IMG/VR virus record: IMGVR_UViG_3300033112_000364
Coordinates: 1 to 63,966 of that record
Direction: 5' to 3' (one strand)
Origin: a virus
DNA length: 63,966 nucleotides
Shown here: positions 45,670 through 53,811 of the stretch, piece by piece
Layout: each line of letters starts with the position of its first letter
How positions within the stretch are numbered: position 1 is the first letter of the stretch
Made by a program: the position numbers and the translations under genes
Notes under the pieces: model-generated
What the model saw: the letters and a program-made list of their open reading frames with translations, nothing else
The model's database searches: none
What the model was told of the DNA's origin: nothing

Positions 45670-46590
45670 TTATGAAACGGGTGAAGGTAACGTCATCTCC
45701 TCAGCGATATTAGCATCAAAGGTTTCCCATATCTCGTTTGCCACCGCATCCCGCTCTTTCTCGGATTTAGCGTTGTCAAACTTATCTTGGAGTGTGTCCC
45801 TTAATGATTTACGCCTTGAAGTCGGCGGTGAGTCAGGCGAACCATTAGGAATATAACCGCTGTCATCAGAAAGGGTAGCACTGCGTTCCTGTCTCCGACG
45901 GTGTGCAGATGAATGGATAGTCAAGATTTTGTGCGCGCCGATCTCATCACCAGAATCCATCTTCTCACGATACTGATCGTATTGCTCGCGATTTAGTCCA
46001 TAAGTAGTTGCATACTGCTGGTAGCGATCATCGTCTGCTTTCAATCTTCTGTTCTCCGCTTCGGATGCTCTCAACTGTTGTTCAACAGACTTTGAATGTT
46101 TGACAGTCCTACTTGTAGCGTCATACATACGCTCAAATGCCTTGCGAGCATTCGGATCAAGTTTTGTCATATCAATGTCTGAGAAGTCGACATCCTCTAA
46201 ATCAAATGTATTATCGTCATCGTCAGGCTCATCAGTGTTACGACGGGTTCTACGGCTTGTTTGATCATCTTGATCATCCCCTTGCTTACGAGCTTTGAGG
46301 CGTTCGTTTTCTTCCTCAAGTTCTCGTATGCGTCTGCCGTCTTGAGAGATTTTATCATCAGCTGATTTTTTCCTGTCTCGGTATTCAGCTTCTATCTCCT
46401 CTAATTCCTTACGTTCTGCTTTGGTGTATCCTTCATCATCTGGCTCGTCATCATCATCGGGGTCAGCGTCATCGACGGTGTCCGAATCATCAGAATCGGG
46501 AGTGTCCAAATCATCAGAATCATCGGGGTCAGCGTCATCGACGGTGTCCAAATCATCATCAAATTCGGGGTCAGTCCTACGGTTCTTCAT
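45670..46590 (-). CDS. scaffolding-like protein (306 aa) with an extreme poly-acidic N-terminus
   Basis: Asp-rich repeats (TVDDADPDDSDD / TVDDADPDDDDE) and a charged coiled-coil body. The gene lies immediately upstream of the capsid candidate. Confidence 0.5.
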   Translation of the reverse strand: MKNRRTDPEFDDDLDTVDDADPDDSDDLDTPDSDDSDTVDDADPDDDDEPDDEGYTKAERKELEEIEAEYRDRKKSADDKISQDGRRIRELEEENERLKARKQGDDQDDQTSRRTRRNTDEPDDDDNTFDLEDVDFSDIDMTKLDPNARKAFERMYDATSRTVKHSKSVEQQLRASEAENRRLKADDDRYQQYATTYGLNREQYDQYREKMDSGDEIGAHKILTIHSSAHRRRQERSATLSDDSGYIPNGSPDSPPTSRRKSLRDTLQDKFDNAKSEKERDAVANEIWETFDANIAEEMTLPSPVS

Positions 46591-46623
46591 TTAATTTCTC
46601 CTTCTTGAAATTATATGATAATT

Positions 46624-46652
46624 AGTGTAAAACAAGAAAATATGTTTGTCAA
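46624..46652 (-). promoter_or_regulatory. sigma70-like promoter (TTGACA, 17-nt spacer, TACACT) upstream of the scaffold-like gene
   Basis: The reverse complement of 46647-46652 is TTGACA and that of 46624-46629 is TACACT. It shares the TTGACAAACA box with the promoter at 48 kb. Confidence 0.5.
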
Positions 46653-46660
46653 GTAAAAAA

Positions 46661-47146
46661 TTACTCTTGTTCTAAATCGGGGTTGTCAACCTCTTTATCA
46701 GGTTGCGGAATGGGGGCTTGCACGGGTTGTTCTGGTGGTTCGGGCAATGGCACATAAACACCTATCAGTTGGAGTGAGTGTTCATTCTGAAGTGTTCTCA
46801 AGTTGATAGACTCACATATCCTCGTTATGATGTCTGCTTCAGAGAATACACCGGTCGCTACGCCAAAGAAGTCCTTCAGCAATTCATTACAAAAGATGAT
46901 AGCATTCGGTGTACCAACACTCTCTGCGGAAAGAAAGAATGTGTCCTGAAACACTACATCTTGACTTGAATACTCCACAGGGATTACCAGGCGAGGATAC
47001 TCTGGCAAGTAATCACTCATTGATACATAAGCGTCAATCAACGCCACTTGGTAGAACTGTAGACATTGTAAATCACGGGCGATAAGGATAAACTGGTTGT
47101 CTCTATCCTTGTCGTTGAGGGTCATAAGTATTTGTGCTTCTATCAT
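46661..47146 (-). CDS. hypothetical protein (161 aa)
   Basis: ORF in the array. Confidence 0.6.
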   Translation of the reverse strand: MIEAQILMTLNDKDRDNQFILIARDLQCLQFYQVALIDAYVSMSDYLPEYPRLVIPVEYSSQDVVFQDTFFLSAESVGTPNAIIFCNELLKDFFGVATGVFSEADIITRICESINLRTLQNEHSLQLIGVYVPLPEPPEQPVQAPIPQPDKEVDNPDLEQE

Positions 47147-47412
47147 TTTCTAAAGTGTATCGGTTCGCCTTTTTGGACTTTACCAGTGAACACCTTTACA
47201 GGCAGTCCAAGCATATCGGCAATCGTTGTGTTGTTCTCTTGTGCTACTTTGAACAGTGCTTCTGCGGAAGGTGGAGTTAGCCCGTGTTCAGGCAATCCAT
47301 ACCAAGACGAGCAAACACCACGCTCGGTATCAGCAAAGAAACCGCTATCAATGTTGTTTAGTTCCCACGCAGTTTGGTAGTGAACAATTCTATCAAAATA
47401 AACTCTTATCAT
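47143..47412 (-). CDS. hypothetical protein (89 aa)
   Basis: Coupled ORF. Confidence 0.55.
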   Translation of the reverse strand: MIRVYFDRIVHYQTAWELNNIDSGFFADTERGVCSSWYGLPEHGLTPPSAEALFKVAQENNTTIADMLGLPVKVFTGKVQKGEPIHFRK

Positions 47413-47458
47413 TGTTTTTCACCAATCCATAGCCAAAAATAGTGTTGTATAATAACAT

Positions 47459-47938
47459 TTATATAACACTATCGCCCGCACCTTTGACTTTCTCAAGATT
47501 TTGTTTGACACGATTACGAGCAATCGCAACCTTGTCAACATCTACTGACACGGGCGTGTCAACATCTTCAACTACATCTTGAACTTGTTTGCGATAGCGT
47601 CCGTAGCGTTCAGGATAGCGTCTCTCCAAGAACCAAGCAGCAGCTTGCCAAGTGCCGTCATCTGCCGCGGTCTGAATGCGTGCGATCATTCGTTCTTCAA
47701 CCTTTGCTTGTGCTTCATTATCACGATGATAGAACACAACACACAACTCATCGTAAGTGGACAACTCATTCTCTTTCCAAGTGCCGTCGTCGAGGTTCTC
47801 AATCACACGCTGGGCATTATCACGCCAGCGAATGCGAGATGTCCGATGAATACCTGAAGCACCGCAAGCACCTTCATAGCTGAGACCTTTCTCAATGCCC
47901 GCACAATAGGTCTCAATCAATTCATTTGAGAGTTTCAT
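47459..47938 (-). CDS. terminase small subunit candidate (HTH protein, 159 aa)
   Basis: N-terminal HTH-like segment (ACGASGIHRTSRIRW) and WQAAAWFLERRYPERYGR, a motif I associate with small terminases. It is the first gene after a strong promoter. Confidence 0.5.
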   Translation of the reverse strand: MKLSNELIETYCAGIEKGLSYEGACGASGIHRTSRIRWRDNAQRVIENLDDGTWKENELSTYDELCVVFYHRDNEAQAKVEERMIARIQTAADDGTWQAAAWFLERRYPERYGRYRKQVQDVVEDVDTPVSVDVDKVAIARNRVKQNLEKVKGAGDSVI

Positions 47939-47979
47939 TGTTTATTCCTTTTTTTTGCAATTAGTGATGTATTTGACCT

Positions 47980-48009
47980 ATTTTACACCAATTTTAGAGT
48001 GTTTGTCAA
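47980..48009 (-). promoter_or_regulatory. sigma70-like promoter (TTGACA, 18-nt spacer, TAAAAT)
   Basis: The reverse complement of 48004-48009 is TTGACA and that of 47980-47985 is TAAAAT. Confidence 0.6.
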
Positions 48010-48036
48010 AACATTTTTGATAATACCTGACAAACA
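48000..48036. promoter_or_regulatory. 9-bp perfect inverted repeat (TGTTTGTCA, 19-nt spacer, TGACAAACA) overlapping the -35 box; candidate operator
   Basis: Both arms were read directly. Confidence 0.5.
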
Positions 48037-48083
48037 TAGACTATGACTAAATTAAACCACAGGTATACATTTTCAGTTTGACG

Positions 48084-48485
48084 CTACACATTGGCATTGT
48101 GTGATTTTCTATATTGATCAAGTAATTCTAATACTTGATGTGGTTTAGCATACATTGTGTGAATGTTCATATCTTTCGCTTTCTTGATTTCTTCTTGAAC
48201 GCCAACTGACTCTTTCCAGCCGTCCATTTGAACGACAAGCAGAGCATCACAACAAAATAAGAATGTCATATCAAAGTGTATCCAATTTACTTCTCGCTCA
48301 AGTTCTTGTGCGAGAACGTGTGTGTAGGTGATTGGTGTGTACGGCACAACATCAACAAATGCGTTAATAATCTTTCTTGTGATGTTTGTGATTTCTTGGT
48401 AGCGTTGCTCTTGGACTGCCTCGTCTTTGTGTGTGTATGGTGAGGCAACATAAACTAATTTGGCTGTTTCAGGTCTTGAATTCAT
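48084..48485 (-). CDS. DUF1937 / nucleoside 2-deoxyribosyltransferase-like protein
   Basis: VYVASPYTHKD ... QMDGWKESVGVQEEI fits the DUF1937 pattern as I remember it. Confidence 0.5.
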   Translation of the reverse strand: MNSRPETAKLVYVASPYTHKDEAVQEQRYQEITNITRKIINAFVDVVPYTPITYTHVLAQELEREVNWIHFDMTFLFCCDALLVVQMDGWKESVGVQEEIKKAKDMNIHTMYAKPHQVLELLDQYRKSHNANV

Positions 48486-48497
48486 TATATCTCCTCA

Positions 48498-49364
48498 TTA
48501 AAACATTTTGATTTGTTGTAGGTTTAGTCGTTCCTTACAGAGTTCTATAGCTTCTGGCTTTTCATCAATGCCAATATATCTACGGTTGAGCATATCAGCT
48601 GCGATGATTGTTGTGCCGCTACCACAGAACGGGTCTAATACAAGGTCATTTTCCGCAGAAGATGACCTGATCATTCTCGCATATAATGCGAGTGGCTTTT
48701 GAGTTGGATAATCAACTCGCTCTTTTGATTTGACAAATTCAATTGTCCACACCGTTCGTTGTCTCATGAGCGTTCCTTTCTCACATTCAAGTTTGAGATT
48801 GTGTAACGCTTCATCGTTGTGTTGAACATACTTTGTATAGAATAGAATAGTATTGTGATTGACTGTGAACCGTCGTTTTGTACATGGCATTGGTATTTTA
48901 TTTGGATAGTGCCAAATAATTTCAGAGTTGAACGCACCTTTATCTTTGAAGATTTTATTGAGTATAATACGCCACACGTGCGTTGTTCTGTAATCAATGT
49001 GCCAATAAAACCCACCGCCCCATTTGAGTACACGATACAACTCACGGACAGTTGGTATCATTTGCATAAAATAAAATAGTTCCTTCGGACTACAAAAATG
49101 ATGTAGGAAATAGAACTCATCATCTTCATATTTTTTGTGAAATGCTTCAACAGCATCAAACCATTTAGACTTATCGTTAGTATAGTCTCCAGTTTCGAGA
49201 AAATCATCTTGATATGTGACTCCGCTTGGTTGTCTCCAAGACAGCAACGCCCTATTTTGAATCCGTCCTGTGTTGAACGGTGGGTCTGTGCATATTAGGT
49301 CTACACTCTCGTCCGACATATTTACTAACACATCAAGATTATTTGCTACAAGTAAATTATTCAT
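48498..49364 (-). CDS. beta-class N6-adenine / N4-cytosine DNA methyltransferase
   Basis: The catalytic motif TDPPF lies near the N-terminus and the SAM motif LDPFCGSGTT near the C-terminus (order IV then I). Confidence 0.85.
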   Translation of the reverse strand: MNNLLVANNLDVLVNMSDESVDLICTDPPFNTGRIQNRALLSWRQPSGVTYQDDFLETGDYTNDKSKWFDAVEAFHKKYEDDEFYFLHHFCSPKELFYFMQMIPTVRELYRVLKWGGGFYWHIDYRTTHVWRIILNKIFKDKGAFNSEIIWHYPNKIPMPCTKRRFTVNHNTILFYTKYVQHNDEALHNLKLECEKGTLMRQRTVWTIEFVKSKERVDYPTQKPLALYARMIRSSSAENDLVLDPFCGSGTTIIAADMLNRRYIGIDEKPEAIELCKERLNLQQIKMF

Positions 49365-49953
49365 AAATCCGTGACCACCGCTCTGGATGTTCCTTTTTTA
49401 GTTTTTTCATTCTTTGCTCGTCTTCATCTCGTATGTGCTGTTCCCATTTGTCCGCAGGAATGATGTCGATTGTCACCAGTTTGTAATTGATGATACAAAC
49501 TTCTTTGGCGGGTGTCTCACCGTGTATGTATTCATATATTTTATTGAATACATACTGGCTCGTAATGACAGCAAATATCTTGCCATCTTTAATAACACAA
49601 TGTGAGAAATGTAAATCAGGGTAACACAAACCGTATGGAAACGGCCCTCCTCTTTGTTCAAGTTCCTCAAGTAGAGTTGCTAAATGTTTATCAGGAATTT
49701 GGTGATACTTTGCCTCATTCCAGTTGATTGTAGTGTTCATTTGCGTTTGGTTGCGATGTATCCATTCCTCTCTTACTTTAGGATCAAGAGTTCTTGGCAT
49801 TACATATTTCCACTTGCCTTGCGATCGGAAACTATCTGCTGCAGAGCAAGTGTCAAAATGTGATGTGCCGTCAACATTGAACGGATGTCGTTTACCGAAT
49901 TTGAAATCCCAGTAAATAGGTTTCTTACAACCTTTGCAGTTAGTTGTTTTCAT
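49357..49953 (-). CDS. zinc-ribbon-containing protein (198 aa)
   Basis: ATG 49953 has GAGGTG upstream. It contains CKGCKK...HFDTC. Confidence 0.55.
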   Translation of the reverse strand: MKTTNCKGCKKPIYWDFKFGKRHPFNVDGTSHFDTCSAADSFRSQGKWKYVMPRTLDPKVREEWIHRNQTQMNTTINWNEAKYHQIPDKHLATLLEELEQRGGPFPYGLCYPDLHFSHCVIKDGKIFAVITSQYVFNKIYEYIHGETPAKEVCIINYKLVTIDIIPADKWEQHIRDEDEQRMKKLKKEHPERWSRIYE

Positions 49954-49961
49954 TGTCCACC

Positions 49962-50273
49962 TCACATAAAATGACGCATATCATACGACTCAAGCATCCA
50001 TTCGTATTGAATTGGGAAATAAGCCAATTTTTCTATTTCTTCTCGTATGACATCAAGGTTCGGTTCTCCGTGCTTCTCTGACATATACCAAAGCACCTTT
50101 TGTTGTTCAGTCTCAGACAATGACTCCCAGTCAACGAGCCACATCAATTTTTGTTCGCCAGCAATGTTTGCTGAAACGGGAGTATACTGTCGTAATGGAA
50201 TAAGTTCAGGATTGTCAAAAATATGTCCTATTTTTTTTTTTCCATCTTCTGTTAATGGACGAAAATGAGCCAT
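49962..50273 (-). CDS. hypothetical protein (103 aa) containing an A11 coding homopolymer
   Basis: ORF after the iteron region. There is a T11 run on the plus strand at 50231-50241. Confidence 0.6.
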   Translation of the reverse strand: MAHFRPLTEDGKKKIGHIFDNPELIPLRQYTPVSANIAGEQKLMWLVDWESLSETEQQKVLWYMSEKHGEPNLDVIREEIEKLAYFPIQYEWMLESYDMRHFM

Positions 50274-50431
50274 AATTTACCTCTTTTGAAATTAAAAATT
50301 TAAATTGCTGATTCCTTGTTTCATAGTTGTTTAATCTTGTTGTTTAAGAGTTGTACAAGGGGGTGAAATTGACGAATTGCCCCCGCACCAGTCCACGACT
50401 GCTCTAATCGGTGTTGGGAAAAATCTTTAGG

Positions 50432-50565
50432 GTTGCGAAATGTGTATATATGTGCGAAATTTCAACGCTAACAGGGTTTTGCGTTGCGAAATGTGTATAT
50501 ATGTGCGAAATTTCAACACCCCCTTCCAGAGTTGCGAAATGTCAACGCTGTTGCGAAATGTCAAC
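50432..50565. repeat. Iteron array: 35-bp unit x2 (50432-50466, 50483-50517) and 16-bp unit x2 (50531-50546, 50550-50565); candidate replication origin or operator set
   Basis: gttgcgaaatgtgtatatatgtgcgaaatttcaac x2 and gttgcgaaatgtcaac x2. The GCGAAAT core occurs 6 times. An AT-rich tract lies at 50291-50306. Confidence 0.7.
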
Positions 50566-50589
50566 ATCAATGCCATATTGTGAAAATGT

Positions 50590-50913
50590 TTATTCCTGCC
50601 CGTTCTTGAAATGTTTTACGAAAACAACATTTCCAACGATTTGCTCAAGGACGTGTGTTTCCAATAATCCATGTTCATTGAGTGTATCTACCGCTCGCTT
50701 CACACCCGATTTTGATGCTCCAAGCCTTTTAGCGATAGACGTATAGTTCATAATATCCTCGCCAATCTTTCTTTTGATTGAGCCATTATCAACCTCAATG
50801 TTGAGCTTGATAAACAGATAAACTTGCATTGTAAGTCCTGAAGCATTAATTTTTGCAAGTTTCTGTAGTTCCTTCTCATCATAAGTTCCATACCTCATAT
50901 TTGAGAATTTCAC
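50590..50913 (-). CDS. winged-helix DNA-binding protein (107 aa); candidate iteron-binding initiator or regulator
   Basis: YTSIAKRLGASKSGVKRAVDTLNEHGLLE is wHTH-like. The gene ends where the iteron array begins. Confidence 0.4.
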   Translation of the reverse strand: MKFSNMRYGTYDEKELQKLAKINASGLTMQVYLFIKLNIEVDNGSIKRKIGEDIMNYTSIAKRLGASKSGVKRAVDTLNEHGLLETHVLEQIVGNVVFVKHFKNGQE

Positions 50914-51407
50914 CCGCCATCTCCTTCTAACCAGTTATCCACACTTTCATAGTCTGGATTGATTTCTTGAGATGCTTCCTCTCGCTCGCGTTCAAAGATG
51001 TCCTGATTAGATTTTACTCTCTCAATCATTTCTTTTACATCTTCTCTATTTGCGAAAAGTGGAAGTTTACCAGTGAATTCTTCAATTTTTATCGCTGACT
51101 TGGCGAGAGATACTAAATTTGATTTCATCGCGCGTTTATGAGTGCGTGTTTTCTCATTGTATTTGAATTCGTAATGTTTCCAAAACTTTCCTGATCCCTG
51201 ACGCATCGTAAACTGCCCTTCGATTCTGTCGTTGACATATCCGAGCAAGTCGTTCACAAGAAAGAATAGGTCTGAGCCTGGATAAATTGTTTCTTGTACG
51301 TTATCGGGAAACTCACAGGATAACGCTGTTATTACTCTCCGAATCACGTGACACATCTCTTTGAAAGAGTATGCTTCATCATCATTAATTGGCACATAGT
51401 TATTCAT
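50910..51407 (-). CDS. hypothetical protein (165 aa)
   Basis: Coupled ORF. No NTPase motif seen. Confidence 0.6.
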   Translation of the reverse strand: MNNYVPINDDEAYSFKEMCHVIRRVITALSCEFPDNVQETIYPGSDLFFLVNDLLGYVNDRIEGQFTMRQGSGKFWKHYEFKYNEKTRTHKRAMKSNLVSLAKSAIKIEEFTGKLPLFANREDVKEMIERVKSNQDIFEREREEASQEINPDYESVDNWLEGDGG

Positions 51408-51427
51408 AGTATGTATCTCCTACATTA

Positions 51428-51685
51428 TTAGAGTTTGATCTTGGTAATATCTTGGTCAAAATAAGCAATCGGTATTTGATAGTATTCAGACAAGATCAAG
51501 AGTGATTCATAGCTGGGAAACCTTTTAGCATTTTCCCATCTCGACAAAGCACTTTCACTCAACCCTGTCTTTTTTGAAATTTCAACATTGGTGACATTTT
51601 TCTGTTTTCTCAAAAATATCAGGTTTGTCGCCATCATCTTTTTACGCGTTCTTGTTACTCTCATTCGTTTGGAACTTTTAGACAT
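51428..51685 (-). CDS. XRE/Cro-type helix-turn-helix regulator
   Basis: VTNVEISKKTGLSESALSRWENAKRFPSYESLLILSEYY. Confidence 0.75.
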   Translation of the reverse strand: MSKSSKRMRVTRTRKKMMATNLIFLRKQKNVTNVEISKKTGLSESALSRWENAKRFPSYESLLILSEYYQIPIAYFDQDITKIKL

Positions 51686-52382
51686 TTTCTCTCCTTATCT
51701 GCGGTATTGCTTGTTGAGCAATGTATTTTGAATAGGGTGGTGGCACAGCCTCACCCACTTCAGAATATGTAAATTGATATTTGAAAGGAATACCCATAAC
51801 CCATTTTGATTTCCACAATGGAGGTCTCCCTTTCAGTCCCATACGCTTTCTTCTGTAAAAATGTGTGTTGCTACACATTGATTTTGTCACCGTGATGCAA
51901 CTGCTCGGTGTGTTCCCAAGAGGGAGTCCCCAGCACCAAAACGATAACTCAAAATGCCGCCTTCGCCACAACCTATGAAGTCCTAATGTGCCAGCAAAAG
52001 CCTGACCAGTTAGGATTAGGTCTGGGCGGATGGGTGCTTGTGGCACATTCTCAATAATTGTGATTGGGTGTGGGAGCAATAAATCTCGCGTTTGTGGTAT
52101 GAAATTCATATCTTTATATTTCTCTCGGTTTCTCTGCGATCCAGTCCCTTTAGAGAATAACTGACATGGTGGTGATGCCCAAACGAGATCAAAATCTGAT
52201 AACTTTACTGGCGGATTGAGAGCATCACCTAAAATGAAGTTGCCTGGATAATGTTTATGCATTTTATTATCTATACCAACCACTTCAAATCCAGCTTGCA
52301 TCAGACCGATAGCAGCACCACCACCACCACAAAATAAATCAAGAGCGAGTAATTTATTTGAGTTCATCACGGATTTTCTCAA
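51678..52382 (-). CDS. DNA cytosine-C5 methyltransferase (compact, 234 aa)
   Basis: Motif I DLFCGGGG, motif IV SPPCQ, motif VI ENV. Confidence 0.85.
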   Translation of the reverse strand: MRKSVMNSNKLLALDLFCGGGGAAIGLMQAGFEVVGIDNKMHKHYPGNFILGDALNPPVKLSDFDLVWASPPCQLFSKGTGSQRNREKYKDMNFIPQTRDLLLPHPITIIENVPQAPIRPDLILTGQAFAGTLGLHRLWRRRHFELSFWCWGLPLGNTPSSCITVTKSMCSNTHFYRRKRMGLKGRPPLWKSKWVMGIPFKYQFTYSEVGEAVPPPYSKYIAQQAIPQIRRENV

Positions 52383-52803
52383 GTGTTTTCATTTCAAAGT
52401 CGGACACATTGAGGTTAATAGATACACCTTTCCCGTACGGGTGGTTTGTAGTTCCATGCCACGAGCAGATAAAAACTTCATAGTTCCAAGTGCCTTTAAC
52501 ACCAGCGAAGCGAATATCAAACCCTTTTTTGATTAGATACTCTGCCTTTTCGTAATCGGACATATCATCGGACAAATGAACATCAAGACCTTCAAGTTCA
52601 ACAATACGCCTGTCAATAGCAGCTATTCTTTTCCTGAACTTTGTTATCTGCTTGTGGTTTCCGTGCTTCATTACCTCTTGTAATGCGAATGATTCAATTG
52701 AGCGTTCATCAAGTAGTTCCATCAATTTCTGCTCATCTTCTTCAAGCATCTCCTGAAGTTGTTTGGCAGCTTCATCAATGTGGGGTGTAAGTTCATCTAA
52801 CAT
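52354..52803 (-). CDS. hypothetical protein (149 aa)
   Basis: ORF in the array with a coiled-coil N-terminus. Confidence 0.6.
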   Translation of the reverse strand: MLDELTPHIDEAAKQLQEMLEEDEQKLMELLDERSIESFALQEVMKHGNHKQITKFRKRIAAIDRRIVELEGLDVHLSDDMSDYEKAEYLIKKGFDIRFAGVKGTWNYEVFICSWHGTTNHPYGKGVSINLNVSDFEMKTLEKIRDELK

Positions 52804-52939
52804 AATGACTTTTCTTTCCTTTTCTTATTGAGAAAATTCTATCTGCTATCTCTTGCCACGCAAATATACATTCAAATTTTGTCATTCCATTTTGCATGCA
52901 AAAAACAACAAATGCTTTGTAAATATTCCCTGTATTCAT
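52793..52939 (-). CDS. possible 48-aa small protein (below the track cut-off)
   Basis: ATG 52939 lies 1 nt after the upstream stop with AGGA upstream. Its stop overlaps the next gene start by 11 nt. I translated it by hand: MNTGNIYKAFVVFCMQNG... Confidence 0.35.
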   Translation of the reverse strand: MNTGNIYKAFVVFCMQNGMTKFECIFAWQEIADRIFSIRKGKKSHYVR

Positions 52940-52940
52940 A

Positions 52941-53225
52941 CTATCCTATCATATAATAGCACATCGTTGAGACGCGGCGGTTCGGAAACTTGATAAGAGA
53001 AGATGTAATCACCTTCTCTTGCTTCAACAAATTTATTTGAGCTTGAATGCGTCTGAATGACGAAGCTGGTATTTGATTCTTGAAGCCCAAATACTCAACG
53101 ATTTGCTGGGTTGTAAATAGAACTGGACACATCAACGCCAGCTCACTATGTATCAATACCTGTGCTTTGACGAACATTGAGGATATTTTTTCCTTCAATT
53201 CTTCATCTGTCAATTCATTTATCAT
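52941..53225 (-). CDS. hypothetical protein (94 aa)
   Basis: Coupled ORF. Confidence 0.6.
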   Translation of the reverse strand: MINELTDEELKEKISSMFVKAQVLIHSELALMCPVLFTTQQIVEYLGFKNQIPASSFRRIQAQINLLKQEKVITSSLIKFPNRRVSTMCYYMIG

Positions 53226-53500
53226 ACTTCACCTTCAACAAAAAGAAGGATAAATGGAGAATAAGGTTTTGAGTTATCTTGTTTTTTGTAAACCCTACCT
53301 TTTAGTTGTCCAGGCTCTTTCTCCATCTTCTCGATGACCCACTCACCGGGTATCATCTCTCCATCAATTGTTGCTCTGTGAGTTGCCATCTTTTTGAACA
53401 TTCCTATCACATCTGTACCTTCAAAAACACCATCGCCACACTTCACATGCCTCTGAACAGAAACATTATATTTGTAAACTTCCCACCTATATTTCCACAT
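53222..53500 (-). CDS. hypothetical protein (92 aa)
   Basis: Coupled ORF. Confidence 0.6.
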   Translation of the reverse strand: MWKYRWEVYKYNVSVQRHVKCGDGVFEGTDVIGMFKKMATHRATIDGEMIPGEWVIEKMEKEPGQLKGRVYKKQDNSKPYSPFILLFVEGEV

Positions 53501-53781
53501 TACATCACCTCAACTAACTCAAATTCAATGAAATAGTGTTTACGTTGCGTGTCATTCCAGTTATGCAAATTGAGAGAATGATACACATTGTAAAATTCGT
53601 TCCAGGAATAAAAGCCCTCTTTATTTGCTATTACGTCTTTTGTCTCACGATCCATGTGAATAGGCTTTGTATTTGGTAAGTGCCACGTTGTGATTGTTTC
53701 ACTTCCATTCCAAATCCACACATTAAGAATACGCAGTTTAGCAAAGCGAGTCTCTTTCCTTCGCCCGCTCGCAGCATACAC
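53500..53781 (-). CDS. hypothetical protein (93 aa)
   Basis: ORF in the array. Confidence 0.55.
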   Translation of the reverse strand: MYAASGRRKETRFAKLRILNVWIWNGSETITTWHLPNTKPIHMDRETKDVIANKEGFYSWNEFYNVYHSLNLHNWNDTQRKHYFIEFELVEVM

Positions 53782-53811
53782 AATCGCACCGACTTCGGAC
53801 GGTTTTCTACG

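Noticed and set aside
50432-50565. Possible CRISPR array
   Set aside because: There are only 2+2 repeat copies of two different lengths with unequal spacers (16 and 3 nt). There are no cas genes and the units share cores. This is iteron architecture.
50411-50746. Plus-strand 111-aa ORF with an internally repeated peptide (VAKCVYMCEIST x2)
   Set aside because: The repeat is simply the translated iteron array. The ORF runs antisense into the real minus-strand wHTH gene.
51428-51685. Calling the phage temperate because it has an XRE/Cro-like regulator
   Set aside because: I saw no integrase, excisionase, CI-length repressor or partition system. A single HTH gene is not sufficient.
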